A stretch of DNA of 64,000 nt from Dehalococcoidia bacterium (GCA_965220225.1 OZ244813.1:1891385-1955384); one strand, 5' to 3'. Positions 9,683 through 20,032 are shown, numbered from the stretch's first letter. Program-made: numbers and translations. The notes: generated by a model not told the origin, from the letters alone.

Positions 9683-9776
9683 TAGGCAATTTCAGAGATT
9701 CTACAATCCGTCCGGGTATGCAGTAGGTCAGGTGGCACATATTGCGCTAATCCACCCGCTGCCGGACAACGTAAAT

Positions 9777-9805
9777 GCCCCCCGGAGGCAGACCTCACGG
9801 GGGGC
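9777..9805 (-). terminator. hairpin downstream of ftsZ (terminator candidate)
   Basis: GCCCCCCG-13 nt loop-CGGGGGGC, about 95 nt after the ftsZ stop, followed on the minus strand by ATTTAC. Confidence 0.5.
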
Positions 9806-9898
9806 TTGTTCGCGAAACCAGCGGAGCGGGCCTGGGGAAACCTGCTCCGCGCCCCGCTGCCATGGGGGACAGGCGGCGGGGTCGGTTTTCAGTTGTGC

Positions 9899-10987
9899 CT
9901 AGAGCGCCTGGCGGTTGCTCGGGCGCAGGAACGGCGGCAGGTCGAAGTCCGCTTCGTCGCTGATAGCGCGGCGAAGGAACTCGGCGATACCGTCGTCGTT
10001 GAGGCTCATCTGCTCGATGCTCGGCAGGCCGGTGGCGATGATGGTGACGCACATCTCGTCCTCCATCTTGGGGTCCGTCACCATGCCGAAGATGATGTTG
10101 GCGTCCGGGTCGACGGAGTTGGCGATCACGTCGGCGGCGCGCTGCACTTCCTTGAGGGTCATGTTGGCGCCGCCGGTGATGTTGAGGAGGACGCCCCGTG
10201 CGCCTTCGATGTTGACGTCCAGCATCGGGCTGTGGATGGCGCTCTTAGCGGCCTCGATAGCCCTGTCCTCGCCGTGGGCGGAGCCGATGGACATCCACGC
10301 CGGGCCTGCGCCGGTCATGATGGTCTTCACGTCGGCGAAGTCGAGGTTGATCTCGCCGGGGACCGTGACCAGTTCCGCGATCGACTTGACGCCGAGGCGG
10401 AGAACGTCGTCGGCCAGTCTGAAGGCGTCTTCGGCGGAGAGGTCGTCGTCGCACATCGCGCCCAACCGATCGTTCGGGACGACGATGAGCGTGTCCACTG
10501 CCTCGCGCAGGCGGGCTAGGCCGTCATCGGCGTTCTTGCTCCGCTTGCGGCCTTCGAAGCGGAAGGGCTTCGTAACGACTGCGATGGTCAGCGCACCGGT
10601 CTCTCGCGCGACTTCCGCAACGACCGGAGCTGCGCCGGTGCCAGTGCCGCCACCCATGCCGCTTGCGATGAACAGCATGTCGGCGCCGCGGACCGATTCG
10701 TAGATCTCCTCTCGTGACTCTTCGGCTGCGGTGCGCCCGATCTCAGGGTCCCCGCCGACGCCAAGGCCTCGCGTGATCGTGTCGCCGATCCGTATCTTGA
10801 CCGGGACGTCGAGACGCACGAGGTGCTGGGCGTCCGTGTTCACGGCGAGGTACTCGACGTGCGGGACGCGCTCGCGGTACATGCGGTTAACGGCGTTGCA
10901 TCCGCCACCGCCTACACCGATGACCTTGACTCGCGCGATGCCGTCGATGTCTGCCTTCTGCTCGTTGCCGAAAAGTTCCATTGTCAT
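9899..10987 (-). CDS. ftsZ: cell division GTPase FtsZ
   Basis: The true start is ATG 10987 (MTMELFGNE...VIGVGGGGCNAVNRM; GGGTGTGAAP signature). The C-terminal DLPPFLR peptide is present. The 129 upstream codons in the track ORF are non-protein-like. Confidence 0.95.
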   Translation of the reverse strand: MTMELFGNEQKADIDGIARVKVIGVGGGGCNAVNRMYRERVPHVEYLAVNTDAQHLVRLDVPVKIRIGDTITRGLGVGGDPEIGRTAAEESREEIYESVRGADMLFIASGMGGGTGTGAAPVVAEVARETGALTIAVVTKPFRFEGRKRSKNADDGLARLREAVDTLIVVPNDRLGAMCDDDLSAEDAFRLADDVLRLGVKSIAELVTVPGEINLDFADVKTIMTGAGPAWMSIGSAHGEDRAIEAAKSAIHSPMLDVNIEGARGVLLNITGGANMTLKEVQRAADVIANSVDPDANIIFGMVTDPKMEDEMCVTIIATGLPSIEQMSLNDDGIAEFLRRAISDEADFDLPPFLRPSNRQAL

Positions 10988-11102
10988 AACCGTTGCCCCT
11001 TTGCCCGTCCTGGTTTGGACTGTTGGTGTTGTCTCGTTCCTGAACGCCTCTTCCGCTTCCGTTGCCCTTATTCCCGCTGCGGGAATGCCCTGTGTGGTCG
11101 AC

Positions 11103-12305
11103 TCATACGCCCGCTCCTGTCGGTTCCTTGGACCTGAACCGTGAGAGCCAGCCGCCGGACCGCGCCTGTGGTATTCCGGCCTGCTGGGACTCAGAGAGCG
11201 CACTGATGTGCCGCTGCCGGATGGCCCACAGCAACAGGCCAACGGCGGTGGCGTAGGCGGGGTCCACCAGTTCATCCGGAAGACCCAGGGTGGCTGACGG
11301 CCCCCCGACACGCACCGGGCGTTTACCGTAGTCCGCCATGATGTCGACGATGCCGGGGAGCGCCGATGCACCACCGGTCAGTACGATCCCGGCGGACGGG
11401 ATGTGCGTGAGCCCGTTGGAGGCGAGGCGGTACATCATCATCCGCACCAGTTCGACGGCCCGGTCGTGAAGCAACCGGTTGAGCTTCTTGGCGTGGACCT
11501 GGATGGCGTTGCTGCCCAGCCCCGGCTTCACCTGGACGGTGTCTCGTTCGGTAAGGTGCTCGAACCAGACCGAACCGTTCACGATCTTGGCCTGTTCTGC
11601 GGCCATCGGCAGGAGGCCGAGGCCAGTTGCTATGTCGGTGGTGAAGTGCTGCCCTGCGACAGGGATGCTGGTCGTGTACCACACGGAGCCTTCCCGGTAG
11701 ACGACCACATCCGTGGAGCCGCCTCCGATGTCCGCGAGGACGACGCCAAGTATCCGCTCCTGGGGGCTGAGGACGGCTTCGCCGCTCGCAAGGTGCTCCG
11801 GCACGAGACCGCGGAGCGTGACTCCAGCGCCGGTAAGCGTGGCGACGAGTGTGTCTATGGGAACAGCGTCGCCCATTATGACGTGCGACTCTTCGAACGA
11901 CCGTGGAACGGTCTGGATCACCCGCATGCCGATGGGGTTGTGACTGACCGGCTGCTCCAGCCCGTCGGCCCCGGGGCGTGTGAAGTACCCATCGCTCTCG
12001 GCGACAACGTCCTCTGTCCCCCCGGAGGTGACGTTGCGTGATTGGAGATGGCTGCCCGTCACGCCAGCGATCGCTGGCGGCAGCCTGCGACCGAGCGTCT
12101 TCTCCGCCTCGCGCACGGACTGCCGGATGCACTCCTTCATGGCGTCGGGGGTGACGACCATCCCCTTGCGCATGCCGGCGGAAGCCGCGTGCCCCTGGGC
12201 AACGACATCCACTCCGCCTTCCATGCCGGCCTTGGCGACGAGTGTGACGACCTTGGTCGTGCCGACATCTATGGCGGCGTAGAGCTGTTCACGCGAGTTT
12301 GTCAT
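11103..12305 (-). CDS. ftsA: cell division protein FtsA (actin-like ATPase)
   Basis: 400 aa. LYAAIDVGTTKVVTLVA phosphate-1 motif and DIGGGSTDVVVY phosphate-2 motif. Confidence 0.9.
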   Translation of the reverse strand: MTNSREQLYAAIDVGTTKVVTLVAKAGMEGGVDVVAQGHAASAGMRKGMVVTPDAMKECIRQSVREAEKTLGRRLPPAIAGVTGSHLQSRNVTSGGTEDVVAESDGYFTRPGADGLEQPVSHNPIGMRVIQTVPRSFEESHVIMGDAVPIDTLVATLTGAGVTLRGLVPEHLASGEAVLSPQERILGVVLADIGGGSTDVVVYREGSVWYTTSIPVAGQHFTTDIATGLGLLPMAAEQAKIVNGSVWFEHLTERDTVQVKPGLGSNAIQVHAKKLNRLLHDRAVELVRMMMYRLASNGLTHIPSAGIVLTGGASALPGIVDIMADYGKRPVRVGGPSATLGLPDELVDPAYATAVGLLLWAIRQRHISALSESQQAGIPQARSGGWLSRFRSKEPTGAGV

Positions 12306-12321
12306 CTGGCCCCTTCTAACC

Positions 12322-13194
12322 TCACACGGATTCGGCGATGCGCATGCGCGCGCTGCGACTTCGTCTGTTTCGGGATATCTCCTCGGTCTCCGGCTTGATC
12401 ACATGCTTCGTCACGGGGCGGACTACTCCGCTGCTGACGAAGCGCTTGACCTCGCGGTCTTCGAGAGAGTGGTATGCGATGGTGACGAGACGTCCCCCGG
12501 CGTTCAGGACAGAGACCGCCTGGTCGAGCCCGCGCCTGAGGTTGCCGAGCTCGTCGTTCGTGGCCATGCGGAGTGCCTGGAATGTGCGGGTGGCCGGATG
12601 GGTGCGCCCTCTCCGATAGCCGGACGCGCGCGCGACGACCTCTGCGAGCTCCGCGGCGTCCGTCATCGGCCGCGCTGCCACGATGGCCCGCGCGATGCGC
12701 CGGGACCGGGGCTCTTCGCCGAGCGTGTAGATCAGGTCGGCAAGTTCCTCTTCCGGAAGATGGTTGACGAGGTCTGCTGCTGAAGGTCCCTCCGGCGTGA
12801 AGCGCATGTCCAGAGGCGCCGAACGACGGAAACTGAAGCCACGTTCCTCTGAGTCGAGCTGGCGTGAGGAAAGACCCAGGTCGAAGAGCACGCCGTCGGC
12901 GGGCACGAAGCCATGGGTATGCGCCTGCGATGCGACCGTACTGAAGTTGGCATTGGCGACGATGACGCGGTCGCCGAACCGGCGCAGGCGCTCGGTTGCC
13001 GGGGAGACGGCCTCGGGGTCGGCATCGAGCCCCAGGACGCGCCCGTCCGGAGCAGATGCCTCGAGGATGGCGGTGGCATGCCCTGCGTCGCCGAGGGTAC
13101 AGTCGACGTAGGCTCCGCCCGGCCGCACAGCGAGTCCGGCAAGGACCTGTGCGGTCATCACCGGCTCGTGGTATATGTGGCTGTTGGCGGACAT
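12322..13194 (-). CDS. rsmH: 16S rRNA (cytosine1402-N4)-methyltransferase
   Basis: HEPVMTAQVL...YVDCTLGDAGHA...DLGLSSRQLD...AYHSLEDR motifs. Confidence 0.95.
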   Translation of the reverse strand: MSANSHIYHEPVMTAQVLAGLAVRPGGAYVDCTLGDAGHATAILEASAPDGRVLGLDADPEAVSPATERLRRFGDRVIVANANFSTVASQAHTHGFVPADGVLFDLGLSSRQLDSEERGFSFRRSAPLDMRFTPEGPSAADLVNHLPEEELADLIYTLGEEPRSRRIARAIVAARPMTDAAELAEVVARASGYRRGRTHPATRTFQALRMATNDELGNLRRGLDQAVSVLNAGGRLVTIAYHSLEDREVKRFVSSGVVRPVTKHVIKPETEEISRNRRSRSARMRIAESV

Positions 13195-13447
13195 AGGACT
13201 ATCTCTGCCTCCGCGCTGCGCGCTCCGATCAGAAGCGTTGCAAGGAAAAACGTTAGACGTTGTCTAAAACAGAATCAATGCGTTTGCCTAGCATTCAATC
13301 GGGTTTATGAGGTTCCGAGGGCTGCCTCGACAAGGCAGAATCGTGTAAATGCGGGGCCGCCATCGCAACAGGGCGTGTAGACGATGAGCGCCCCCACAAC
13401 ATGTTGTAGGTTTTTCTCAAACTTTGGCTAGAAACGCCGCCAGATTC

Positions 13448-13476
13448 TTCTCCGGCAAGAGCGGTGTTGCTATAAT
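13448..13476 (+). promoter_or_regulatory. candidate promoter for the aminotransferase gene
   Basis: Perfect TATAAT at 13471-13476 with a TG-type extension (TGTTGCTATAAT). The -35 element 17 nt upstream is weak (TTCTCC). Confidence 0.4.
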
Positions 13477-13541
13477 GCTCCCGCCCTGCGCCCGGGCATC
13501 CGCCTCGCGCCGGGCATATCCCACGCTGTCGAGAATGCCGT

Positions 13542-14726
13542 ATGACGCAAGACACCGCCGGCTTCATGCCCCCATACCGGCTGCTCATGGGAGCAGGTCC
13601 ATCCAACGTGCACCCTCGGGTACTGCAGGCGATGGCCTCCTCGCTCGTTGGACACCTGGACCCGAACTTCCTCGCCGTGATGGACGACGTACGCTCGCTG
13701 CTGCGCTACGTCTTCCGGACGGAGAACCCGGTGACGCTGCCCATCTCCGGCACTGGCACCGCCGGTATGGAAGCCGCGATGGTCAACATCATCGAGCCGG
13801 GCGACACGTTCGTGGTGGGGATCAACGGCTACTTCGGCCAGCGGCTGGGTGAGATTGCGGAGCGCAGCGGTGCGAACGTCATCAAGGTCGAGTATGAGAT
13901 GGGGAAGGCTGTGGATGCGGAGCGCCTGCGTGAGGAGATCGTGGCGGCAGGGAAGGTGAAGGCGGTCGGCGTGGTCCACGCGGAGACGTCCACCGGCGCG
14001 GCCACCTCAATTAAAGAGATAGCGGATGTTGCGCACGAGGCGGGCGCGCTGCTGGTAGTGGACGCGGTTACCTCGCTTGGTGGCGTAGAACTGCACGTGG
14101 ACGAGTGGGGTGTGGACGTCTGCTACAGCTGCACGCAGAAGTGTATCGGCGCACCCCCGGGACTCGCGCCGCTGACACTGAGCCCACGAGCAGTGGAGAC
14201 GCTGCAGAGCCGCACGTCAAAGGTCCGGAGTTTCTACCTGGACCTCACTGAGTTGAGCAGTTACTGGGACCGCCGCGCGTACCATCACACCGCTCCCATC
14301 TCCATGATCTACGCGCTGCGCGAGGCGCTCCGGCTGATCGCGGAGGAGGGTGTGGAGGCACGATGGGAACGTCACATCAGGAACGGAGAGTCGCTCCGTG
14401 CCGGACTGCATGCGATGGGGCTGAACGTCGTGGCAGACCCGGAAGTGCAACTGCCGAGCCTCACCGCCGTTCGCGCCCCGGAGGAGATAGACGAGGCGCA
14501 AGCGCGCCGCTACCTGCTGGACCGGCATAACATCGAGTTGAGCGGTGGTCTGGGAGCGCTCGCCGGCAAAGCATGGCGCATCGGGTTGATGGGGCACAAC
14601 AGCACCGGCCCCAACGTGCTGACGGTGCTCGGCGCGCTGGAAGAGGCCATCGGCGACCAGGGTTACGAGACGCAGGCCGGCGCGGGAGTCGCGGCGGCGC
14701 AGCGCGTGCTGCGCGGGGTGGACTAG
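13542..14726 (+). CDS. class V PLP aminotransferase (alanine-glyoxylate / serine-pyruvate type)
   Basis: 394 aa. LLMGAGPSNVHPRVLQAM N-terminus and SCTQKCIGAPPG (PLP-lysine region). Confidence 0.9.
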   Translation: MTQDTAGFMPPYRLLMGAGPSNVHPRVLQAMASSLVGHLDPNFLAVMDDVRSLLRYVFRTENPVTLPISGTGTAGMEAAMVNIIEPGDTFVVGINGYFGQRLGEIAERSGANVIKVEYEMGKAVDAERLREEIVAAGKVKAVGVVHAETSTGAATSIKEIADVAHEAGALLVVDAVTSLGGVELHVDEWGVDVCYSCTQKCIGAPPGLAPLTLSPRAVETLQSRTSKVRSFYLDLTELSSYWDRRAYHHTAPISMIYALREALRLIAEEGVEARWERHIRNGESLRAGLHAMGLNVVADPEVQLPSLTAVRAPEEIDEAQARRYLLDRHNIELSGGLGALAGKAWRIGLMGHNSTGPNVLTVLGALEEAIGDQGYETQAGAGVAAAQRVLRGVD

Positions 14727-14730
14727 CGCC

Positions 14731-15510
14731 CTACGGCTTGACCGCTTTCACGCTCAGTATCGGCCAGTAGAACTCGATCAACCCGTCGGCTCTGGGCGTG
14801 ATGCCGAACGCTTGCGCTGCGGCCGTTGGCGCGTCCTTCAGCGCCTGTCCCAGTTGAGCGGCCTCCTCTTCCGGCATCCCGGCGCGTTCCGTCCAGTCGG
14901 GGTATTCAAGGTCGACGCGCGAGAGGGCAGTCTCGGCGACGCTCATCCCTGCGTGTTCGATCGCGTCCAGCCACTCAGACTCACCGAGGTTCCGTACGTG
15001 CGAAGGGTCCCGCCATATCTCGATGTCGTGCATCCAGGCGGTCGCTTCCGCGTCGTCCGGCGAGACGGTATCGATGAGGATGAGTTCGCCGCCCGGCGCC
15101 AGCGCGCGGCGCACCTCGGCCAGCCAGGAATCGACGTTCAGGAAGTGGTGCGCGGCGGTGCGGCAGGTGATGAGGTCGAGGCTGCCGTCCCGGCAGGGCA
15201 GGGACTCGGCTGCGGTCAGCATCAGTTCGGTCTGCGGCGCTCCGCGCTCACCGCGCAGCGAACGCGCCTGCTCCAGCATCTCCGGCGTCACGTCGGTCGC
15301 GATAACGCGGTCGCAGTGGTCGGCGACGGCGAACGCAGTGAAGCCGGGTCCCGCGCCGATGTCCATAGCTGTCCCATAGCGGCGGTCGCCCAGCATGGAT
15401 GCGGCAGATGCGAGCGCGCCGGCCTGCGCGTGCGTCTTGCTCGCGCCGTAGGCTCCGGCGAGCCGTCCGAACTGGCTCTGCGAGCTTCTGTCGGGCTGTG
15501 CGTTCGTCAT
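14731..15510 (-). CDS. class I SAM-dependent methyltransferase
   Basis: 259 aa. AMDIGAGPGFTA (motif I) and GGELILID (post-II). Confidence 0.85.
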   Translation of the reverse strand: MTNAQPDRSSQSQFGRLAGAYGASKTHAQAGALASAASMLGDRRYGTAMDIGAGPGFTAFAVADHCDRVIATDVTPEMLEQARSLRGERGAPQTELMLTAAESLPCRDGSLDLITCRTAAHHFLNVDSWLAEVRRALAPGGELILIDTVSPDDAEATAWMHDIEIWRDPSHVRNLGESEWLDAIEHAGMSVAETALSRVDLEYPDWTERAGMPEEEAAQLGQALKDAPTAAAQAFGITPRADGLIEFYWPILSVKAVKP

Positions 15511-15523
15511 CGGGCGTTCTCTC

Positions 15524-15694
15524 CTAGAAGGCGAGCCAGGCGAGCACCGCGGTCACAGCTCCCACTGCGAGTCCCGCCAGCGTCACCGCCGGTTCTCCCA
15601 GCGTAACCGGCCCGAGGTAGAGCAGCGGGAAGCTGACGATCGTGCCTGCGAGGACGACGTGGCGGAGCTTGCGTTTCGTTGCGGCTGAAAGCAT
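15524..15694 (-). CDS. possible 56-aa membrane peptide coupled to the lactate permease gene
   Basis: My own translation reads MLSAATKRKLRHVVLAGTIVSFPLLYLGPVTLGEPAVTLAGLAVGAVTAVLAWLAF. Its ATG lies 1 nt after the permease stop. It is below the track size cut-off. Confidence 0.3.
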   Translation of the reverse strand: MLSAATKRKLRHVVLAGTIVSFPLLYLGPVTLGEPAVTLAGLAVGAVTAVLAWLAF

Positions 15695-15697
15695 GGC

Positions 15698-17308
15698 TTA
15701 CCTCGATAGCGCGGGCAGCAGTTCGATGATGATGATGGCTTCGATGCCTGCAAGGACGACGAGGCCGAGGATATAGGGGATGACGATGCGGAAGATGTCC
15801 CGCTCCTTGCCCGCGAGACCGACGACCGCCGCACCGACGAGCACCTTTGCGGGCGCCATGGGGCTGCCAACGGACGCGCCGATGGACTGGATGCTGGAGA
15901 TAGTGACCGTCCCGATGCCCAACTCGCGTGCCGTCTCCAGTTGGAGCAGCCCGAACATAACGTTCGAGTTGGTGTTGCTGCCGCTCATGAACGAGCCAAG
16001 CAGCCCGATGAACGGCGAGACGAACGGGAAGAACGAGCCGGATACGTTCGCGATGCCTTGCGCCAGCAGCACGGTCATACCTGTGTCCGCCAAGACGACG
16101 GCCATCATCACCATGGTCGTGACGCCGACGGATGAGCTGAGGCTCTGCCCGTAGGTGAGCTTCATCGCCTCCCAGGCGACGCCCTTCCGCCAACGCTTCG
16201 AGAGGACGTAGACGACCGCGCTGATCACGATGCTGTAGAAGATGAGCGGGGCGGGATGGTTGAGAACGCGTATCGGCGCGTAGTCGTTCGCAACCGCGAC
16301 GACGAAGCCCTGGGCGGTCTCGAACGCCGGGTAGTCGAGCGACCACTGTATGCCGCGGACCGCCTCCTTCACCGGGCCGATCTGCGATATGACGCTCAGG
16401 GTGATGAGCAGCGTGTACGGCATGAAGGCCAGGACGAAGGGCATAGGCCGTGCTTCGGGCTCATCCGACGCTCCCGCAGGCGGTGTCTCGGGCGCTGCTT
16501 CTGCCTGTGGCGCCCCGAGCAGTAGCGGTGTGCGGGAGAGCAAAGCCAGCATCACCATGCCCAGCACACCCGGGACAGTCGACGCTATCTGCGGTGCGCC
16601 TCCCCATGCGAGTGCGTACATCGCTGCCGCCATCAGTGCGCCGGTGACTATGACTACCGGCAGGCTCCGCCGCACCGCGCTGAGCCCGCCCTGTATGTGT
16701 GCGACCAGCATGCCGCTTGCCACGATGATGGGTGCGAACAGCAGGGCCATATGCGGGGCGATGACATCGCCTTCGATGCCGGTAACCAATTGGATGGTGT
16801 AATAGGAAGACCCCATGGAGCCGAACGTCACCGCCCAGCCGTGCCCGACAAGCGCCATCGCGGCGGCGCGGGCAGGGGGGAAGCCGAGCATGATGAGCAG
16901 CGGCGCCGAGACGGCTACCGGCACTCCGAACCCGGTGATGCCCTGGATGAAGCTGGAGAAACCCCATCCGATGAGCAGCGCTTGCACGAGACGGTCGCTG
17001 GCAAGCCTGGCCATCGCCTGTCCGATGGCGTCGATGCCCTTCAGCCTGTCCACCATGTTGAACAGGTAAACGGACGTCCAGACGATCGTGAGCACGAAGA
17101 CCGCAAGGCTCAACCCTTTGGCGCTCGCTATCGCCACGTGGTCCTGCGCAGCACCGAAGACGAGGAGGGCGAGCGCGAGGGCAAGCAGCCAGGCGGCAGC
17201 GCCGGCGCGTGGCGCGCTCCAGTTCAGCCAGAGGATGGCGACTATGAGGAGAACGACCGGCGAGGCGGCCAGCAACCAGTTGATAAGTGTGAGGTCTGGG
17301 CCTGTCAT
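15698..17308 (-). CDS. L-lactate permease (LctP family)
   Basis: Start taken at ATG 17308 (MTGPDLTLINWLLAASP...). Multi-TM protein with the GITGFGVPVAVSAPLLIMLGFPP segment typical of LctP. Confidence 0.9.
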   Translation of the reverse strand: MTGPDLTLINWLLAASPVVLLIVAILWLNWSAPRAGAAAWLLALALALLVFGAAQDHVAIASAKGLSLAVFVLTIVWTSVYLFNMVDRLKGIDAIGQAMARLASDRLVQALLIGWGFSSFIQGITGFGVPVAVSAPLLIMLGFPPARAAAMALVGHGWAVTFGSMGSSYYTIQLVTGIEGDVIAPHMALLFAPIIVASGMLVAHIQGGLSAVRRSLPVVIVTGALMAAAMYALAWGGAPQIASTVPGVLGMVMLALLSRTPLLLGAPQAEAAPETPPAGASDEPEARPMPFVLAFMPYTLLITLSVISQIGPVKEAVRGIQWSLDYPAFETAQGFVVAVANDYAPIRVLNHPAPLIFYSIVISAVVYVLSKRWRKGVAWEAMKLTYGQSLSSSVGVTTMVMMAVVLADTGMTVLLAQGIANVSGSFFPFVSPFIGLLGSFMSGSNTNSNVMFGLLQLETARELGIGTVTISSIQSIGASVGSPMAPAKVLVGAAVVGLAGKERDIFRIVIPYILGLVVLAGIEAIIIIELLPALSR

Positions 17309-17391
17309 AGAGGGGCGCAGGATAGCCGTCCGGCATGCTCCGCACAACGGCGGGAGGGCGGCGCTGGTACAATCTTCAGAGGTTCCTGCTT

Positions 17392-19248
17392 ATGGTTCTC
17401 TCGCTCTCCGAACGCTTCTCCCGTGGTCTGCTGCTCTGCGATGGCGCCACCGGCACGCAGCTGTACGCTCACGGCCTGACTGCCGCGCTGCCGGAACCGG
17501 CGAACGTTGCGCAGCCGGACGTTGTAAAGGGAGTTCACCTCTCCTACCTTCGCGCAGGCGCGGAGTTGATCGAAAGCAACACGTTCGGCGCGAATGCGCT
17601 CAAACTCGGCATGCATGGGATGGCCTCTCGCGTTGAAGAGCTGAATCGGGCCGGCGTTGCCCTGGCCAGGGAGGCGGCGCAGTTGCACGGCCAGAACGTC
17701 TGGGTCGCCGGTTCGATGGGCCCGCTGCCGTCCGACACGACGGGCGCAGGACTCTTCTCGCCAGCGTCGGCGTGGAACGTGTTTGCCGAGCAGGCTTCCG
17801 CCCTCTCCGATGGCGGAGCTGACCTCATCCTCCTGGAGACGTTCACGTCTCTCGCACAACTCAGACAGGCTATAGATGCCGTGCACTCCGTCTCCGAACT
17901 GCCGGTCATCGCCCAGATGACTTTCACGGGCGACGGCCTGACGCCTGGTGGAGATGCTCCAGAAGACATCGCCACGGCGTTGAACGACGCAGGGCTTCTT
18001 GCATTCGGCGCGAACTGCAGCATCGGGCCGGACCTGCTCCTGAGCGTGGTTGAGCGTATGGCCGGGTCGGTAGGCCTGCCTCTCATCGTCCAACCGAACG
18101 CAGGGCTACCAGCCTATGTGGGAGGCCGGCTGCAGTACACAGCATCGCCGGAGTACTTCGCGGAAACGGCGCGAGAGATTGCTCGCGCAGGGGCCGTAGG
18201 GGTCGGCGGGTGCTGCGGGACGACACCGGAGCACATCGCCGCGGTGCGGGACGCGGTACGCGGCGTGTTGCAACATTCGGCGCGGCGCGCTCCTGCTCCG
18301 GCTGCAGTAAGGCCCCAGCGCGCCGAAGCTTCAGTGACACGGCCTACGGGGCTCGCTGAGCGCATCGGACGCGGGGAGTTCGTCGTTACCATGGAGCTGT
18401 CGCCGCCGCGTGGGTTCGACGTGAGCGGGACGCTGGACAAGCTACGTGGCGTGGCAGGAAGCGTGAGCGCCGTCAACGTTGCGGACAGCCCGCGAGCGCA
18501 GGGAAGGATGAGCGCGCTCGCTATGGGAAGCCTCGTGCAGTCCCGGCTCGGTGTTGAGGCGGTGATGCACATGGCCATCCGCCACCGAAATCTGCTGGCA
18601 TTGCACTCGGACCTCTTGGGTGCGCACGCATTGGGACTGCGGAACGTATTCACGGTGATGGGAGATGTTCCGCTCGCAGGCGACTATCCTTACGCAACTG
18701 CGGTGAGCGACGTCACGGCCTCTGGCTTGATCCGGCTGATGGCGGGATTCAACGAGGGCGTGGACGCGAATGGGCGGGAGATCGGGCAACCGACGTCGTT
18801 CTTCATCGGTGCGGCGCTGAACTTCAATGCTCTGGACCTCGACAGGGAACTCCGTGTACTCGAGCGCAAGGTCGAGGCGGGCGCGCATTTTCTGCTGACA
18901 CAACCTGTGTATGCGCCGGAACACGTGGAGCGGGTCTGGTCGATCCTGGGTGGCTTCCCGTTGCCCGTCATCATGGGAGTGCTGCCGCTTCGCAACGCCC
19001 GCCATGCGCGCTTTCTCCACAACGAGGTACCCGGCATCGACGTGCCGGAAGATGTGATGCGGCGTATCGACCTTGCCGAATACCGGGGCGACGCCGGGGG
19101 CAAGGAAGGCATCGCACTCAGCCGGGAGTTGCTGACGGCGCTGTCAGGGCGCATCGCCGGGGCATACTTCATGCCCCCCTTCGAGCGTTTCGGCGTAGTA
19201 CAGGAGACGATGGAAGGGCTGTCACTGCCAGGGCTGAGTCTGCCATAG
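17392..19248 (+). CDS. bifunctional homocysteine S-methyltransferase / 5,10-methylenetetrahydrofolate reductase (YitJ-like)
   Basis: Start at ATG 17392 (MVLSLSERFSRGLLLCDGATGTQLY). The Hcy-MT domain carries GANCSIGP and GGCCGTTPEHI. The C-terminal ~290 aa are MTHFR-like. Confidence 0.85.
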   Translation: MVLSLSERFSRGLLLCDGATGTQLYAHGLTAALPEPANVAQPDVVKGVHLSYLRAGAELIESNTFGANALKLGMHGMASRVEELNRAGVALAREAAQLHGQNVWVAGSMGPLPSDTTGAGLFSPASAWNVFAEQASALSDGGADLILLETFTSLAQLRQAIDAVHSVSELPVIAQMTFTGDGLTPGGDAPEDIATALNDAGLLAFGANCSIGPDLLLSVVERMAGSVGLPLIVQPNAGLPAYVGGRLQYTASPEYFAETAREIARAGAVGVGGCCGTTPEHIAAVRDAVRGVLQHSARRAPAPAAVRPQRAEASVTRPTGLAERIGRGEFVVTMELSPPRGFDVSGTLDKLRGVAGSVSAVNVADSPRAQGRMSALAMGSLVQSRLGVEAVMHMAIRHRNLLALHSDLLGAHALGLRNVFTVMGDVPLAGDYPYATAVSDVTASGLIRLMAGFNEGVDANGREIGQPTSFFIGAALNFNALDLDRELRVLERKVEAGAHFLLTQPVYAPEHVERVWSILGGFPLPVIMGVLPLRNARHARFLHNEVPGIDVPEDVMRRIDLAEYRGDAGGKEGIALSRELLTALSGRIAGAYFMPPFERFGVVQETMEGLSLPGLSLP

Positions 19249-19278
19249 GCAGCGGATGGTATCCTGAATCGCACACGT

Positions 19279-19354
19279 GGGGCCGTAGCTCAGCTGGGAG
19301 AGCACCTGCTTTGCAAGCAGGGGGTCAGGGGTTCGAGTCCCCTCGGCTCCACCA
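19279..19354 (+). tRNA. tRNA-Ala (anticodon TGC), CCA encoded
   Basis: GGGGCCGTAGCTCAGCTGGGAGAGCACCTGCTTTGCAAGCAGGGGGTCAGGGGTTCGAGTCCCCTCGGCTCCACCA. It has the G3:U70 pair, a canonical cloverleaf and a TGC anticodon. Confidence 0.95.
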
Positions 19355-19789
19355 AACTTGACGATACACAGAACTGTCTTTGAGATGTGGTTCGCCCTGC
19401 GAGGCTCTCCAAAGTCTGCTACGGCGTACATGTAGCACGACCACATGGGGGGCCTTGCTTGGCGCGTCACTTCATGAGTTCAGTACCGCGAGGTCTGCGA
19501 GATGGCGAGCAACCCGGAGGTTCCGGGTACCCTGGGGAGTGACACTGCTCGGTGCGATCGGATACAGCATCAGCGTTGAAGACTGGCTAGCAAGAGGCGT
19601 CAAATAGCAGCAGACTCACGTGAGGTACCAGGCGTTGTGCTCCCTGTACTTGCCGAACGACGCGCCGACGCCGGTTCAGTCGTATTGCCCGTCCAGCAGG
19701 TTGGTCTGGTGGTCCGGCGTCGATGAGAGGTCCCGATCCTTCGACGGCCATGCCTCGGATGCGGATGTCATCCAGGAGGAGAAGGCGGA

Positions 19790-20032
19790 ATGAGACGCAG
19801 ACGGGCACCCTCTCGGGCGAAGCTCAACCCCGAGCGCGTGTGGGCGTTGCAGAACCGTCGGCACCTGAGCCAGAACGAGTTGGCGGCGTTGGTAGGCACA
19901 TCGTCGGGCTAGCTCTCGTAGATGATGTGCGGGAAGCGCCGCCCGTCGGCGGAGCTGTGTAGGCGGCTCGCGGACGTTCTGGGCCTTGCTGACTTCGACG
20001 ATCTGTTCGTATTGGAGCCCGTTGAGCCATGA
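19790..20032 (+). pseudogene. XRE-family HTH protein with two in-frame TAG codons
   Basis: GGAGGAG RBS then ATG 19790. The translation is MRRRRAPSRAKLNPERVWALQNRRHLSQNELAALVGTSSG*LS*MMCGKRRPSAELCRRLADVLGLADFDDLF.. The stops at 19910 and 19919 sit inside the conserved recognition-helix motif (typically S-x-Y/Q-L-S-Q-x-x-x-G-K-R-x-P). Confidence 0.6.
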
